A DNA stretch of 64,000 nt from Eledone cirrhosa (Eukaryota). Made by a program: the position numbers and the translations under genes. Numbering within the stretch: position 1 is the first letter of the stretch; every line of letters begins with the position of its first letter. The notes beneath the pieces are model-generated. The model did not search any database. It was not told the origin of the DNA and was given only the letters and a program-made list of their open reading frames with translations. This document shows, piece after piece, positions 1-15,880 of the stretch. The stretch spans positions 63,178,001-63,242,000 of the forward strand of contig OZ024745.1 of assembly GCA_964016885.1 (NCBI GenBank), in the 5' to 3' direction.

Positions 1-299
1 ATTAGATATAAGTTGTTTTATGTGTCATGCCTACAAGTATTCTCCCAATATTGCCGACTTTCTGAGCAGTAATTTGCGTTACGAAAACGAACAGATTACC
101 TCAAGATCAGTTGCAGGTAGCGTAACATGTATTTATGTGCTAACATGTGAAGGCTTACTTAGAGTGCTTTGCTCCCGATTTTTCGTTACTCGGTTGACTC
201 ATTCAGAAAGGTACTTCATTTAACCTATCCACACTGCTGCAAAATGGATAGTAGTGTATATACCCATGGAAACCCACTTACACATGCGCGCGCGCGCCG

Positions 300-422
<123 letters not shown>

Positions 423-491
423 ATCAAGGTTTAGCAAATAAGACAAAGTTTCAAAATAAATTTCAAAAAATTCACTTTACTTACTATGGTT

Positions 492-580
492 ACCTTTACC
501 GAATCGGTTTCGAGTCTCCAAAAGAAATGGACAGTCCTTTTTCGGGCTTCCATTGAAAAGATAAACTCTCGTCAGAAGGT
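492..580 (-). ncRNA. Type I hammerhead ribozyme motif in a (TA)n-flanked Penelope-like segment
   Basis: Minus strand reads ACCTT-CTGACGA-GAGTTT...AGACTC-GAAA-CCGATTCGG-TA-AAGGT: intact core, G10.1-C11.1 pair, 5-bp stem I, near-palindromic stem III. Confidence 0.8.
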
Positions 581-693
581 TCTTTTCACTTGGAGAATAT
601 AAAATTTCCGAGTTCAAATTACGAACTGTCGCTATTCAAAATTGTTCCCGAGATGAGAATGAATGATGTGGAAGCAATTCTATCCAGTGCCGT

Positions 694-825
<132 letters not shown>

Positions 826-1863
826 GTGTGTATGTCGGTGGGTGCAGGTGTAAGTGTATATCTGTTTGGGTTTTAATAATTGGTTTTATTCTCTCCCGGC
901 ATTATATATTGGATAATATATATCAATATATTTTTTCAATACAGTTGATGAGAATATTTTTTTTAATTATCTGACAGTACAAGTAAATATTATTTCATCC
1001 ACGATTGGCTTATTTATTGCTATTTTTGTGCCAATTTAAAAACAAAACAACAAATTATTTTTTCTTTAATTCCTAACTCATGTATTGATTTTCCTTTCGG
1101 GTAATGATTTGTTTGTGCAAATATTTGGTTTTTATGTATTTAAAAGACGATACCTTTTTAAGGTGCAGCTCGCACAGTCCAATATGTTATATGAATACAA
1201 AGTGAAGCTATGGTTTTCATATTGTAAACTTAGTTCTATATGGACATGTCATGTTTATAAGCAGATTAAATATTTGCGCAAACAAAGGTTATGTTCTCAG
1301 CTATCAAAATAATATATATAACATAAGATTGAAATATTTATCTCCGGACAATATAGTATTGAGTGTATGTGTTTGTAAGATGTGGAATATGATTCAGACA
1401 TCTATAAGAACTAGAGCAATATGCATTGTTATGCGTCAACCAGCATGTAGAAGAAATGTGTCGAGAGGATTTGAACAAAGAAAAATTGAACAGAAACATA
1501 CCCTGCTTCCACAAGATTACTACATTTTATAGTAAACTCCTAAATCACAGTAAATTGGCAAATAACTCTATCTGCAAACATTAATGCAAATGGGTGCCAT
1601 GGTAGGTGCAAGTATCCGATTATTGTAATGAATGAAAAAGTGTTTTAAAAATTTAGAGAAAAACAAAAGGATTGCTGGTCAAACGCTTGAAAGTGAATGA
1701 AGAGAGAAGATGCATGGAAGTAGGATTATTTGGGGGTATAATTGAACATTAGAAGATAAATGAAGATGAATTGGTTGGTGAGGAATGGGTGGAGAATAAG
1801 AAAGGGAACATCAAGTTGGTGCCTGCGCGAAACGTTCGAAATTAAGCTCCAATGTGCAATGAA

Positions 1864-1946
<83 letters not shown>

Positions 1947-3392
1947 TGTGCATATAACCGTTTGGTTATGAGGGTGTTTCTGTGTTCTTTACTGGTACTG
2001 TGTGCACTGACTACAAACCTAATCCGAAATTCAAATGCTAGAACATTCTGATCAGCATAGCATTGTTATTTCCGCCACACGCTAACTACGTATGTCATTC
2101 GCCACTATCTCTGTACATGCATTTATATTTTTTCTTCCACATCCAATTGACAGTAAGGTCAACTAAAATATCTTTTGTAAGCGTCACAATCCAAACAGGA
2201 GAGTTAAATCCATATTTTTGTAAATAGGTATCATAGACAAAAGAAAGGAACTATAAAGAGTTGTATAAAATTGGCGGTATTGAATACATATCTGGATATG
2301 AAATCGAACGCAAAACATTATATTTTACAAACATCTGCACCCGTATATCAATAGAAATTAAATAAGTTCGTAGTGGGAGGAATAATCAAATTTCGATATA
2401 TGGATTGCTTTGTATAATCTAATACTCATTTTCTACATTTCTCAAACACGAAGTAATTCAAATATTCATAATTTTCATATTTTTCTCATGTATTTATCGA
2501 TATAGATATGAGTGATAATAACTGCAAATTGTTCCATTCTTTCTCTTTTGACTGAATAAAAGACAAAAAAAAAAATTCTAATATGCACAAAACACCTATA
2601 ACCTGTATTTGGATACGAAACCGTTCGTAAATTATCAATATGTATGTGTTAAATAAAATGCTTGAAAGAAATGTATCACAAGCCACGTCGATTGCCTGCC
2701 TTTGTAAGTCTTGGAGAGATGTGCACGCTCCATGCCAGTTCTTCATTATCTAGTTATTGACGATGATGTCTCCAACAATTCTACGACGAACACTATTTTT
2801 GTGACACAGCAATTCAAAATTCATATCATTTTATATCATTCTTAAGAATATTATAAAATAATTGCCATTCATGATTGAAAGTGAACGAAAAGAATATCGT
2901 ATGAATTAATAAGGCATCATTTACAAGTCTGTAAAATGTCTAGTATATTAACGTACAAAGATAGCAGAGTGGAAAGGGAATTTAATAACACCCATCAATC
3001 TTACATGAGCGGCGTAGTGTCAGATATTTATGTCTTAGATTACTCGTGGCTCTCGTAGCTTTACTTTGACAACGAAGGGGAAAAATCTATGCAAGTCACC
3101 ATTAAATCTATCCAATACATGTGTCGTAACGATTTAGAAAAACAAGAAAATCTTACTAGTTTCAGATTTCCATTTTCCATTAAGTAATTCTCTTTAGTTA
3201 CTTGAGCAAAGTTTGGTAATTGCAATCGGATAAAGAAGGTTTGCCTTCTACAAAGGTTCTCTTTCATTTTACTTTCATCTCTGTTATTCACATGTGAAAT
3301 CTGAAACGTTTATACATTATAAAACGAAACACACACACACTCACACACATATACAAATATATATATAATTTATATATATATATATACAATAT

Positions 3393-3493
<101 letters not shown>

Positions 3494-4136
3494 GCACACA
3501 TCTATTCATATATATATATATATATATATATAGATATTTCAACACATACTGGAACTAACATATCTGCAATTTCTTATTGGGAAATTAATTTTATCTTCAT
3601 ATACATGTAGCGACCTATAGTTTTCTCCTGTGTTCCACAAACTGAGTGAAAATAATGCTAGTCAGGAAGTAAAACATATTCAATATGGACACCTCAGATA
3701 TATCAATCTAGCTATAAAGTTTCATCTAAACTTGGATTAGATATACAGACAAGAAGAAAGTAAAACTATAAAATTGACATGTCTAAAGCATAAAAACCTC
3801 TTAGTATTTATTAATATACATCAATATTATAATTGTAGGAATTGTAGCACATTGAACTAAATGGCGTACTGAATGTGGGTTCCAATTACACCAGAATTCT
3901 AGAAGGAATAAATAAAGTTACATTTATGTAATTTTTCAATTCAAGAAAGTATGTTCTTCCTCTTTAAATGTTCCAGTCGTTCATGCTCATCTCACTCAAT
4001 ACCTGGAAGTTATTTTCGTGACATCTAGTGGGGACGAAGTTTACTTAGCTTAAAATATGCCTCAAATTCACACAGTGAAGCATCACAATAGAAGTATTTC
4101 CACACACATAGGCACACGCACACATACACATTCATA

Positions 4137-4222
<86 letters not shown>

Positions 4223-4334
4223 AGATACACACCCAGTGTTCTACGGGAAATATAAACTTCAATATTTGAGCTAATTTCTAAATCAGTATTCATTAGATAT
4301 TTCTTTTTCTGCTTATTTTCCATTTAATCCTGAG

Positions 4335-4640
4335 AGGGTCGTCGGGGCCGAGTTCTCAAACACTCATTCTAGCAGGTCCTGTCAGAAGCAACCATCTTAA
4401 ACTGATCCGGGCGGTCCCCCAAGCGTGACAAGCCAAGCTCATGGATGTTATCCAACTATCTTAGTCGGGGTCTACACTTGAATCTCCTGCCGGCTAGTTT
4501 TGCCAGTAAAATCTGTCCAGTGATTCTTTCCCGAGACATTCTAATCACATGCTCATAGTATCGGAGCTATGATATCTCAATTAAGAAAAATAGCAGCTCT
4601 ACTTGGACTGATTCTGATATCCGAGATACGCATGTTGTAC
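4335..4640 (-). mobile_element. Degraded RTE-clade LINE 3' fragment
   Basis: Minus strand translates to RPRLR*LDNIHELGLSRLGGPP, resembling the RTE (Rex3/Expander-type) C-terminal GRPRxRWxDxI...RLG motif. Confidence 0.5.
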
Positions 4641-4670
4641 TTATTATTAATAAAATATTAATACAATATA

Positions 4671-4848
4671 ATAATTGTTCCTTCTTTTGGCACAAGGCCA
4701 GCAATTACCCAGTACATTACTGGTACTTTATTTTATCGACCCCGTAAGGATGAGAGGCAAAGTTGACCTCGGCGGGGTTTGAACTCAGAATGGAAAGGGC
4801 CATAACTCTATGCGTCAAAGCATAGTGTCCGTCTCTCTACCAATCCAC
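4671..4848 (-). mobile_element. tRNA-derived SINE (family S1)
   Basis: Same ~190-bp sequence as the other S1 copies; B-box-like GAGTTCAAACCC; 3' end GGCCTTGTGCCAAAAGAAGGAACAATTAT. Confidence 0.85.
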
Positions 4849-5133
4849 AATAACCCAAATTCCTCCTATCGGTAAAAATAACCAGAATATGATGGTCTTT
4901 AGACATACAATATATACCACATACTTAATGTGCTAAATTATATCTGTTATAGTTTAAATCGTTGACTTGGCAAATAGAAATATCATTAAAAATCTTCATA
5001 TATAATATTCTAATGCATTTCCTATTAGACAGTATGACTGGTAAATCACTAATTTACCACTAATCTACAACAGTATATTCTTATCATGCCCGGTAAGTGA
5101 AAATGCTAAGTGAACCATTCCTCATATATATAT

Positions 5134-5217
<84 letters not shown>

Positions 5218-5310
5218 GTGTGTGCGCGCGTGTGTGTATGTGTGTATGTGTGTGTGTGCGTGTGTGTGTATGTGTGTATGTGTGTGTATATACATACATA
5301 TGTAATACTA

Positions 5311-5348
<38 letters not shown>

Positions 5349-5352
<4 letters not shown>

Positions 5353-5593
5353 AAAGAATAGAGGTGTAACACACAAGTTATTATATATTGGTAAACGGAA
5401 TAGAAAATGCTGACAAATTGTTCACAGTTGAAAAATGGTTTAATTAGGAATAAAAGAGTTTAGTGATTGTATGTGGTTTTAAGTTTTTAAACCACAACTG
5501 AATACTAACCCATACAATCACTAATACTCTTTTATTCCTAATTAAACCATTTTTCAACTGTGAACAATTTGTCAGCATTTTCTATTCCGTTTA

Positions 5594-5600
<7 letters not shown>
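5349..5600. mobile_element. Foldback element (~86-bp inverted arms plus ~33-bp unpaired tail) inside (TA)n
   Basis: 5388-5473 is the near-perfect reverse complement of 5511-5597; (TA)n on both sides. Confidence 0.8.
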
Positions 5601-5650
<50 letters not shown>

Positions 5651-5894
5651 CTCCACACACACGCGCATAGGCACATATATATGTGTGTATGTGTGTGTGC
5701 GTGTATGTGTGTGTGTGTGTGTATATATAATTGTTATGAAATATAAAGTTAATACTTGAAAAAACATGGCTCAATGTTTAAGGAATGCTGTTCGCCACTT
5801 TGTTGTGTCTATGCATCTGTTTTCTAGTATATAGCTTGGTCTGAAAATAAGTTTCATGTGAGAAATATGTCCTGCACTACACGGAGTAAAGATA

Positions 5895-6090
5895 TGAGAG
5901 CAAGCAGCAAATGCAATCAAGGAGAGAAGGAGAGCAAGAAGAGGAGGAGAGCAAGGAGATCAATGAGAGGATGAGATTAAGGAGAGCAAGGAGGGGAGGA
6001 GAGCAAGGAGAGCAAGGAGAAAGGTAGAGAAAGGAGATCTAGGAGAGTAGAGCAAGGAAAGAAGGAGAGAAGGAGTGAATGAGAGCAAGG
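5895..6090. repeat. Purine-rich degenerate GGAGAGCAA minisatellite
   Basis: Repeated ggagagcaa/ggagagaa units. Confidence 0.75.
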
Positions 6091-6663
6091 ATACTACAGC
6101 GTTTCACGTACACACACACATACATACATACACACACACACGGAAACGTATATGCTTATGTATGTATGTTAGTGTATGTGCCTGTCAGTGTGTTGATGCA
6201 AAAATTGGAATGAATAGCAACATGAGTGTATAAAAGATTAAGATTGATGTATGAAAAAAGAGGACGGATTTTTATATTTCTACTGAGATATCACTTGACA
6301 TATGGATATGTCCTGTTACACTTTTACCAGCATAGAAGGCGTCAACGATATTAAGATTGCTTTCCTTTCCTTTCAGTAATTCTTAATGTTTTTGCTTTAG
6401 ATTTGGTTCGATCTCCTTATTCTATTTCATCTTGCCTCTTTTCAGGTATTCTAACTCATATATATATAAACAAATATCCTGCTCGAATATTTGAATTAAC
6501 GAGGCGACGACAAAATAAATTCATGATACTTAGTTGTAGGAACCCACTGCATGTACAGTCAGCAGCTATAAACAGCTTATAGAAGTCGGTAAATGACCCT
6601 TACAGACGGAAAAATGTTGCTAACAGCCGCTACGAAGAATCGAACTCATTATCTTCAAGATAC

Positions 6664-6852
6664 CGCGGTGGATTGGCAGTATCGGTAGAGGGTCGAACGC
6701 CATCCTTTCCAGCATAGTTACGTCCCTTTATGATCTAAGTTCAAATCCCGCCGAGGCTGACTTTGCCTTTCATCCTTACTGGGTCGATAAAATAAAGTAC
6801 CAGTAATGCAATGGGTAATTTCTGGCCTTGTGCCTAAAGTAGAAACAATTAT
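6664..6852 (+). mobile_element. tRNA-derived SINE S1 with 16-bp TSD
   Basis: A box TGGCAGTATCGG, B box AGTTCAAATCC; TSD ATTATCTT(C/A)AAGATAC at 6648-6663 and 6848-6863. Confidence 0.92.
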
Positions 6853-9800
6853 CTTAAAGATACTGACTAGGTGCTCACACGATTAGGCTAAGCGACACCT
6901 GCCATCTAAATTAAGGAGCTGAATTAAATATCTTTTTTGAAAAGGTAAACGAAACTCATGTGTGAATCTCAAATTTTCGAACATGTAAAGTGACGAAAAG
7001 TAAACTTATAAGATATAGGATGCTTAGGTGAAGAAATTCAGCACAAATGCAGTCAGTTACTTCAAAATAGTAAATTCTGAATCTCCCAGATATGAATTAT
7101 GTGTTAAATAGATGCATAAAACAGAACAGAAGAAACAGGAATATCCGTAACACGACTCGTCAATATGATGGACTCTTGAAAACAAACAAACTGCAGTTTA
7201 TGGAGAGTCTGAGTGGAGATAAAAGTAAACGACAGAAGCCTTAATGAGGATAAAACGTATCTATTAAGCAGGAATTCAATAAAGAAACAAAGGGGTTTTA
7301 CACAATTTATCGTAAGAGAAATGAAAGTGCTTTTCCCGACAATATTTATAGAATTTCAGCTAATAAGAAAGAGCTGTGATTGAAAATTAACACACATCTT
7401 TAATTGAATGCTAAATAATCCTATAAAAGTTTCATCAAAACAAAATGATATTCATAATAGCCTGTGCTCATGATATAGAAAAAGCTGTATCTATAGACAT
7501 TGCTTTAGTTAGAAATAGAAATGAACCCATACGCGTCAATATAAGTAACAAAATAGAAGTTTCAAATAACGAAAAGCTAGAATTGTAAATGAAATAAACT
7601 GGTGTGATAATGTAAAAGAAAGAAGGTATAATTATACAATCAAATTAAATTTGTCGTTGATTTGAAAAAAAATTATAAACACTAGTTTAAAAACTTTTCA
7701 GATTATTAAGAATGAAATGACAAGTGTATCTATGAATAAAAAATGTATAAAAGAATATTATTTCAATTCTGATGGAAATATAGAAATCTTTCCCTGCTTA
7801 AAATAATGCTAGTACATATTTGAGATACGATTTGGATATCAAAATATCATAGGGCTTTTGTTTCGTATGAAGTTGAAAATATATGAGCGAATGTTGTTTG
7901 AGATAACAAAATATGTGTAGGATGTTAGGATTACTGAGAAAGAATTCAAGCTTCACTCCAAGTGAAACTGTCGGAAGGAAAATATGATTTTCTTTGCTAA
8001 AATCAATTTGCTCGCAATATTAAGTTAGATAAAACTTTGTCAGGTTTCCCTTTCTCGATGCTGGAAATCTTTAATGAGTCAAAGACCTACATGACTACAC
8101 ATTTTCTAAATATAACAATTGTTTTGTTTCGTTTTATTTTCAAAGTTTACTACATATTCAAAAGTCGTTCTCATTAGAGTGGCCTGCATAATAGAAGTCA
8201 TACTGACACATCTCATGCAGTATCTTATTTAGAAAACTGATATGTAATTAAAGTGGACTAAGATAAAGAGAGTAACACGCATTGAAAACTAGCTGTTACA
8301 CTTTATTATTCCCATAAATATTACGCTCTCATAATAGACCGGATATATGTAACACACCATGCGTTTCCTCGAATGATAAACGTATTAGGCAAAATGGGAT
8401 CACGTGTGTTCAGTTGTGAAAAAGGTCAGAGAGTAACTTTAGACACGATTAGCAGTATTTACTGGTGGACAAAACACTTTTAAATACAAGGAAAGAGAGA
8501 TGTATATCGTAATACGCTTATATATTTCAGTGATTGGCATCATGCTATAATTTCAAGCATGCTTCAAAGAATATATTAACTCGGATTGTACGTGCGCAAT
8601 TAATACGGAGAGAAGATAAAGTGTAATACAGATCTATTTTAATCGTAGTATTGATAAAGAAATATGTGTGGGAAATGCTAGGGCATACTACCCAAATTCG
8701 TTTAAAGATTCACTCAAAGCTACATACTTGAAGTCTGTAATAAAAATACATGTATTTATTATAATGCACTATCAATTACCAAATGAAACTTTATTGAAAA
8801 TTGTTCACTCTTATTTGATTTTACCTTTGACCCGTTAACAAATATTTGATCATTGAATGAATATAATTATTATTAACATTTAACCTTTAGCTCAGATCCG
8901 TCTATTTATATTAGTTGAAACATTGATGCAGTGTAATTAAACCATGTCTAAGCGTGACAGAACATGATATAGTCCGTGTTTAATCTTGGATTTTAATAGC
9001 ATAGTTAATGCAGCATATCAACACGCTTCGTTGCTTTTAATTTAATGTATTAAGGGAACTTTTACGTCTTATAGGCACATCGTATAGCAAAATGATCATA
9101 AATATTTCTTGTTCATATTATTCATTGAATCATGTCAAAATCGAAAACATATTACTACTTCCATAAATCTATTTGGACATTATTTTTCAAATGTGTGACT
9201 TATTTGCACTTTAATTCCTATTCTGACCTCTATGTATAATTAAAACATAACTTTGCATACATGTACGTCATCTTTAACCTAAGAAAAAGTGTTTTGTGCT
9301 GTCATCAAAATTAATTGGAATGTACTTCTCTGAAAACCCTGATGCCTGATGTGTATGGGGAAAATGGATTTCGAATTTCCCACAGATTTGAGCGAGAACT
9401 GTAATCATCGTTTATTTGAATATTTAAATGTATTGTGTTGTTAATTTAACGATTCCTATCTACATTCGTTTTTAATAAAGTAAACATTTTGCATAGTCAA
9501 TGATACATTTATGAAAGTAATTTTAATTTTTAGATAATGTCTATCTGTATACCATTGTAATATGTATCTATATTCTGTTATATTCTCGTGCAATGTAACT
9601 AATTTCATAAGTAGATGTATTTAATAATTAACTTTTAAGTATCTTCAGTCGGAACAGGAATCTGATTTTTATTAGACTATGCACTTTTTCTCAGCTATAA
9701 TCCTTATTAATAAATACTAATAAAACCGATATAATTTTATAATAATAATAATTTATCTAGCGATCGAAATTGCATTTATTTCTCTTATTAATTTTCCTGT

Positions 9801-10990
9801 ACAGATATGAAGATGAAAATCTAATATTACGTCAACATATTTACTAATTCAGTTGATAGATGTGACACACATTGCTATATTTCTCTTTAATTTCACACCT
9901 AATTTTATTCTAGGAAGATTGTTAGAAATAACTTAAAGAATGCATGGATGACATCAAAGCTTAAAAATTGTTCGCTATCTATAAAATCTCAATACAATTA
10001 CTGATGATATAGGCAAAAATTGTAAACAAGGTATTTTATACACCTAAAACAATAGTCGTTTCGTATATTATCAATTAATCTTTTTATGTATTTAACGCTA
10101 AAAATTATCATTACAAAAAATCAGATAACAAATGTCAGCTACCTCAATTTGTATGAAATCAATAATTATTGTAATCGGTATTTTCTATGCAAATTCGACA
10201 TTATATTTAATGTTTTGAAAATGCACTTTGAAAATGTAAGTGAGGATTGATGATTATTTAGATCATCAGACACCATTTTCTTTTACAATTTTCTTTACTT
10301 GGTATATAGTATAAGTCGCACTCAGCAGTAAAGGCTAACGAGGCATTATAATTATCAATCATTCGCAAAGTGGAATGAATTATGTTGACGTCATGAAGAT
10401 GATCATCTAATGCCTTCAGCAACTTCTATCATGAGAGGAATAGTAAATAACTAGTGATAGTGAGAAATAAAAAGCTTTCAAAGGGCGTGGAAATAAAGAA
10501 AATATAAATAATAGGAAACAATGATGCAATGTCGACAAAGTGAAGCTAATTATATTCAAACAATAGCCTTCACGTATTCACACTACTCATTCAAAAACTG
10601 TTCTTTATTTCTCAGACCCATGTTTCCTTTTCATAAAAACACAGACCCCTAGTTTGCCTAACCGACTAATTCACATGTAAAACACTCCACTGAAATAAAC
10701 GCCAACGCCGTTTGCGTAACAACATAAAATATTTCCCCTTGGTAGAATATAACCGGAATATAAATGGAATACATTGATTTATACCTCGGGGGTTAGATGT
10801 GGTTGGCTAGAGTATCCCGTACTCCATAGTATCCCCACCCACACTTAGAAATCACTCCTCTCCTATGAATGTACTAATTACTATATCTGTAACAACGTCC
10901 GGTCTGTATCAAAGTTAGTAAACCATCACCTCGGCACGAAGGAGTTTCTTATATTATGGTTCATTTCCCCTGGGATCATCTGTGCCACAA

Positions 10991-11174
10991 ATAATTGTTT
11001 CTACTTTAGGCACAAGGCCAGCAAATACCCAGTGCATTACTGGTACTTTATTTTATCGACCCCGTAAGGATGAAAGGCAAAGTCAACCTCGGCGGGACTT
11101 GAACTCAGATCGTAAAGGGACGTAACTATGCTGGAAAGCATGGCGTCCGACCCTCTACCGATACTGCCAATCCA
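10991..11174 (-). mobile_element. SINE S1 with 19-bp TSD
   Basis: TSD CATCTGTGCCACAAATAAT at 10977-10995 and 11173-11191. Confidence 0.92.
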
Positions 11175-13007
11175 TCTGTGCCACAAATAATGCAATTTCA
11201 AACCTCAATTAAAATACTCTTCCACGTATTAGTATGTGAATATTGCCTTTCTGTTTGTATATTTAATTATATTATGCATAGCAATTTTTGGCATTCCTGA
11301 CATTGTGGAATTGCCAAAGTATGATACGATCACTTCACAATTTGATTACCAAACTGTGAGACTCTTACTATTAAGCCATTGAATCCACGGTTACCGCAAT
11401 TAACATATTGATTTTATAGGATGAATGTTGGCACCACCAAAATATTACATAGTAGTTGTAAGGCATATTCTTCCCTAATCAAAGTTATAATCATCGGAAA
11501 CTGTATCATTGATTGCGTTTATAACATAATTGATTGATATCCGAAATCAATGTTTCTTAATGTATAAATCATACCAGGATTTTGACGAGTATTATGCTTC
11601 GTAATATGATTTTTTAATGGGGCCAATATTTCTATTATCAATCACTTATATATCAATTCGGAATATCCTAACACTACACTTCCTTCTGTTACTATCATAA
11701 AATATTTTTATCGAGAAAGCAATTATCTTTTGGTTTGACATATCACATGTACATACTTTATATGTTGTAGAAGTAGAGCAAAATGACAGGTGACGTACCG
11801 AAAAAAAAAGAATTTAAGAAAGAATGAGAGAAAACATTTTTGTAATTGATATAAATCCTGAAACAATAAGGTTTTCCATAAATTACATACTTAAGATTTC
11901 TTTTTTTAGTTAGGAAAATCTGCAAACGCCTTATAGAATATTTATCAGATTATCCTCATAGAGAATTACAATTTCTATATCATCAGAACGAAATCCTGAT
12001 TTTCATGCTTATGACACATACGTTTTAAATCGGACACAGTAGAAAAAATAGCATTGTAACATGTAGTTGTATATTTTGTAAGATAGTGATAGTTGACACG
12101 GCATTATATATCTTGCAGTGCAGTGGTAAATTGTCTCCGTCGAGTCGAGGTAGCCTTACAGGGTTTTATTGCAGGCTGAGGTATTGAAGTATTGCTAATT
12201 AATTAAACGCTGATCAAAGTTGAATTAGTTGTATTTTGCCATCAGATCAATATATATAAGCGCTCTTATTCTTCGGTTGTTATAATAATCGTTTAAATCC
12301 ATTTATTATGTTTATAAAGTAGAGAGAAAATATTATAAAAGCACCTTTTTCGCGTTGGATATACTAGTAAATTGAAACAAAATCTCATGTCATTACTCCA
12401 ATATGCCTCGCCACCTCGATGAGATGGATGTGTATACCAGTTGATTGAACAATCTAATGGCTTTCATATGAATTTAATAGGGATGTGGCTGGAAAATCAC
12501 AGACACGTGCACACTTGTATTAGTTCACACGAAAATATATTTTCTTATAAGCTTGGCACTTTGAATTACAGGTGCAGCGTATTTTGCAAGGAGATTGATT
12601 ATACTAGCGTAACCTATGATTGAAGGATGCAATATGGCGAACGCACCTAACCAGGCACCTTCCCAGCGAAAATGAATAGAAATCCTTTTGCCTCATACCG
12701 ATAAGGGTATGTTAATTTTAGTAGTTGAAGCAAATAAAGTAATATACAATCTGAAAGGGTCCTTTCTTGGATTTCATTCAACCAGTGATAAATTCAACAG
12801 TAGATCCTACGGCTAGGGCATATTTACCTTCTCAGCAGAATATTTTAAAGGTTTGTATCTTTTGTGCTGTTCTCTCCTCTGAAAGGATCTGCACATGTGC
12901 ACTATATCTAACCACACGTATATATCAAATGGAATAACTATTCGACTCTGCTACGACCAATAAATATATTTAAGTGTCGAGCTAATTAGGTATTATTACT
13001 CTTTGAA

Positions 13008-13193
13008 GGTGGATTGGCAGTATCGGTAGAGGGTCGGACGCCATGCTTTCCAGCATAGTTACGTCCCTTTACGGTCTGAATTCAAGTCCCGCCGAGGTTG
13101 ACTTTGCCTTTCATCCTTACGAGGTCGATAAAATAAAGTACCATTAATGCACTGGGTAATTGCTGGCCTTGTGCCTAAAGTAGAGACAATTAT
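13008..13193 (+). mobile_element. SINE S1 with 16-bp TSD
   Basis: TSD ATTATTACTCTTTGAA at 12992-13007 and 13189-13204. Confidence 0.92.
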
Positions 13194-13610
13194 TACTCTT
13201 TGAATTAATTAATAATATTACATAGTGTCATCAGTAGCAAACCTGACAAAGAGCATTTGTTGATCATAATATTACATCTCATATGTCTTTGAAAATTAAT
13301 TAACTGAATAGTTAATATATAAAAATATCACAGAAATTTTTAGTTTAACAGAAATTTCAAAAGGTGTGCTTAAAGATACACATTTATACATGCAAACATC
13401 TTATTTAAATATTACATGTTTGTCTGTGTTAATATGTGTTTACACATATATTTCAGGCAGGTGCTATGTATTAGTATGAAATTTGTATATATCAGCTGTT
13501 TAATGCTAAATTTAATTACTGCATAATGTTAGTAAAATGTCAGAGTGCTCTAACCCTTGGATATTTTTAAGAAACTTTTACTACAGTATATATATATATA
13601 TATATATACA

Positions 13611-13691
<81 letters not shown>

Positions 13692-14976
13692 TGGGGGAAT
13701 GTATATCCTGCGTCTCAAAGCATCGGTATCATATTGTGTTGAGTGTTGTTTGCTGATGCACACTGTTAAAAATGTAATGGGTTTCCATTGATATATTTAC
13801 CAGAAATATGGTGCGAAATTCAGGATAATATTGATGCATATAAATGATAAGAAAATACCTAGCAACCACTTCCTATTCGGTTTCAATGAGTTGGCAATTG
13901 AACTTAGACATATGAATCTCTATTGTATTGTCTGTTTTCTGTGTAATTAGATGATATACTTGCTCAAAACCAAGATCATAATTACGTGTACTCGAATACA
14001 ATAGATATAGAAATCAATTTCATGTATGCAGTTACGTTTTCCGTTTACATCATTTGAGAAATTATGAGGAATTGTTTTACGCCTCTAAAGAACATCACCA
14101 CTCACCCACGTACGTGTTCGTTGTTAAAGCCAAGGCTTGATATATTCGTTTGAGTCTCGTGGTGAATTCATACCAAATGAAATACATCTTTGAAGGAGCG
14201 TGTGTCTGTTATAATTGAAGGTGGACAGAAGTCGTTCACTTAGTGCGAAGTTTAATGGCAAGGTAAACATTGAATGTTCATGTTCAGAAAGGGGTTGTAA
14301 GTTTATTTATTGCCACAACAACAACATTGTGTTGTCTTTGGTGAACTTAAGCAGGCAGGGAGGTTTGTGGGAAACTAAGCAATGAAACCTCTTTCATTTT
14401 GGAGCCAGAAGATTTTTTTACCATTAGTTTTTCGCGGAACACAAGAGAAATGTATGTTTCTTTCCCAATTTTGTCATATATTACTTTATATGCAAATGTT
14501 ATGAAGAGATTGTAATTGGTTATTTACTTTGTTTTACTGTATTATGACCACTTAGAACGATATAAACATAAATTATGATGGCGATTTCATGGCTACTTTA
14601 ATTGCTTTAATAATTTGCCTTGTGGACACTGAAAATGTAATTCTATTGTACATACAAATAACTTCTTCAGTACGTTGTCTTGGTTCATGAGTTGTTTATT
14701 CTTGGTTGTTTTTGTATATGTGATATTAAAAGATATATCTTGTTTTGTTTTTTACACTGGTAAACGCGATTTCAATGTCTAGAATAGTGATATTTTCTAT
14801 TTTGTTTTTCGTTTTCTACGAACTTAAGGAAATTCTCGCATGAGAGGCATACGGATGCCGTTCACATCTGATGTCTATTTTTGATGTTATCGAATTGTAT
14901 GGTGGACTTGTGTATTGATATATATATGTAAGAGAATATTTCTGAGAATGAAGTTGCTGTGTTTGTGTCGGATTAA

Positions 14977-15019
<43 letters not shown>

Positions 15020-15880
15020 CATACGCACACACACACGCACACACACACATGCACGCACACAGAAACACACACAAACACATATATATATATATATGTGTGT
15101 CTGTGTGGGTGTGTGGGTGTGTGTGTGCGTGCATGTGTGTGTGTGTGCGTGTGTGTGTGTGCGTGTGTGTGTGCGTATGTATATGTATGTGAATGTTTTT
15201 GCGTGTGTATATCCAGAAATATAGAAGAGTATAGGAAAGAATTGATTTACTACGCTCATTGATAACGAAAAGTACAGGTACATACATGGACACTGTCAAC
15301 ATTTATAGATTTAAAATGTCACTAGAAAATTTCCGCTGTAGTTTTCTATTTAGATATTCGTGTGTAAATAAATCAAAAGATGAAAAAAATCTTAGAATAA
15401 AACCAGCAACAATATCCAGTGAATGTTCTGAAAAGCGAACGAAAATACTATGAACTACCACAAAAGCTTGACAAATATGGACATACATCGACTCACCACA
15501 ATTATTATTTATACGAATCACTGAATGTATATTATATTAGAAAAGTGGGTATGCGTTTCTTTCTCCTAGGAATCACCGAAATGTTGGAACAAAGAGTATT
15601 TTAGACAAATATTTGGAGGAAAGGGGGGGGGGGAAGATTTAATGTCTATATATCTTTATATACACAGACGTTTTAAGTGAAATATCAGATGACAAGGACA
15701 TAACTATTATAAAAGTAAAATGACATAAAATGAAATGGTAATGAAAAAAAGAATCTAATAAAAGTACTGATGGCAATAAAATTCAGTAAAGGAGGCAGTA
15801 ATAAACGGGCTATTAAAATGATATCAAATATAATGTTAATATTATTACCGAAAAAAATAATAAAAAGTGGAATCACTCAC

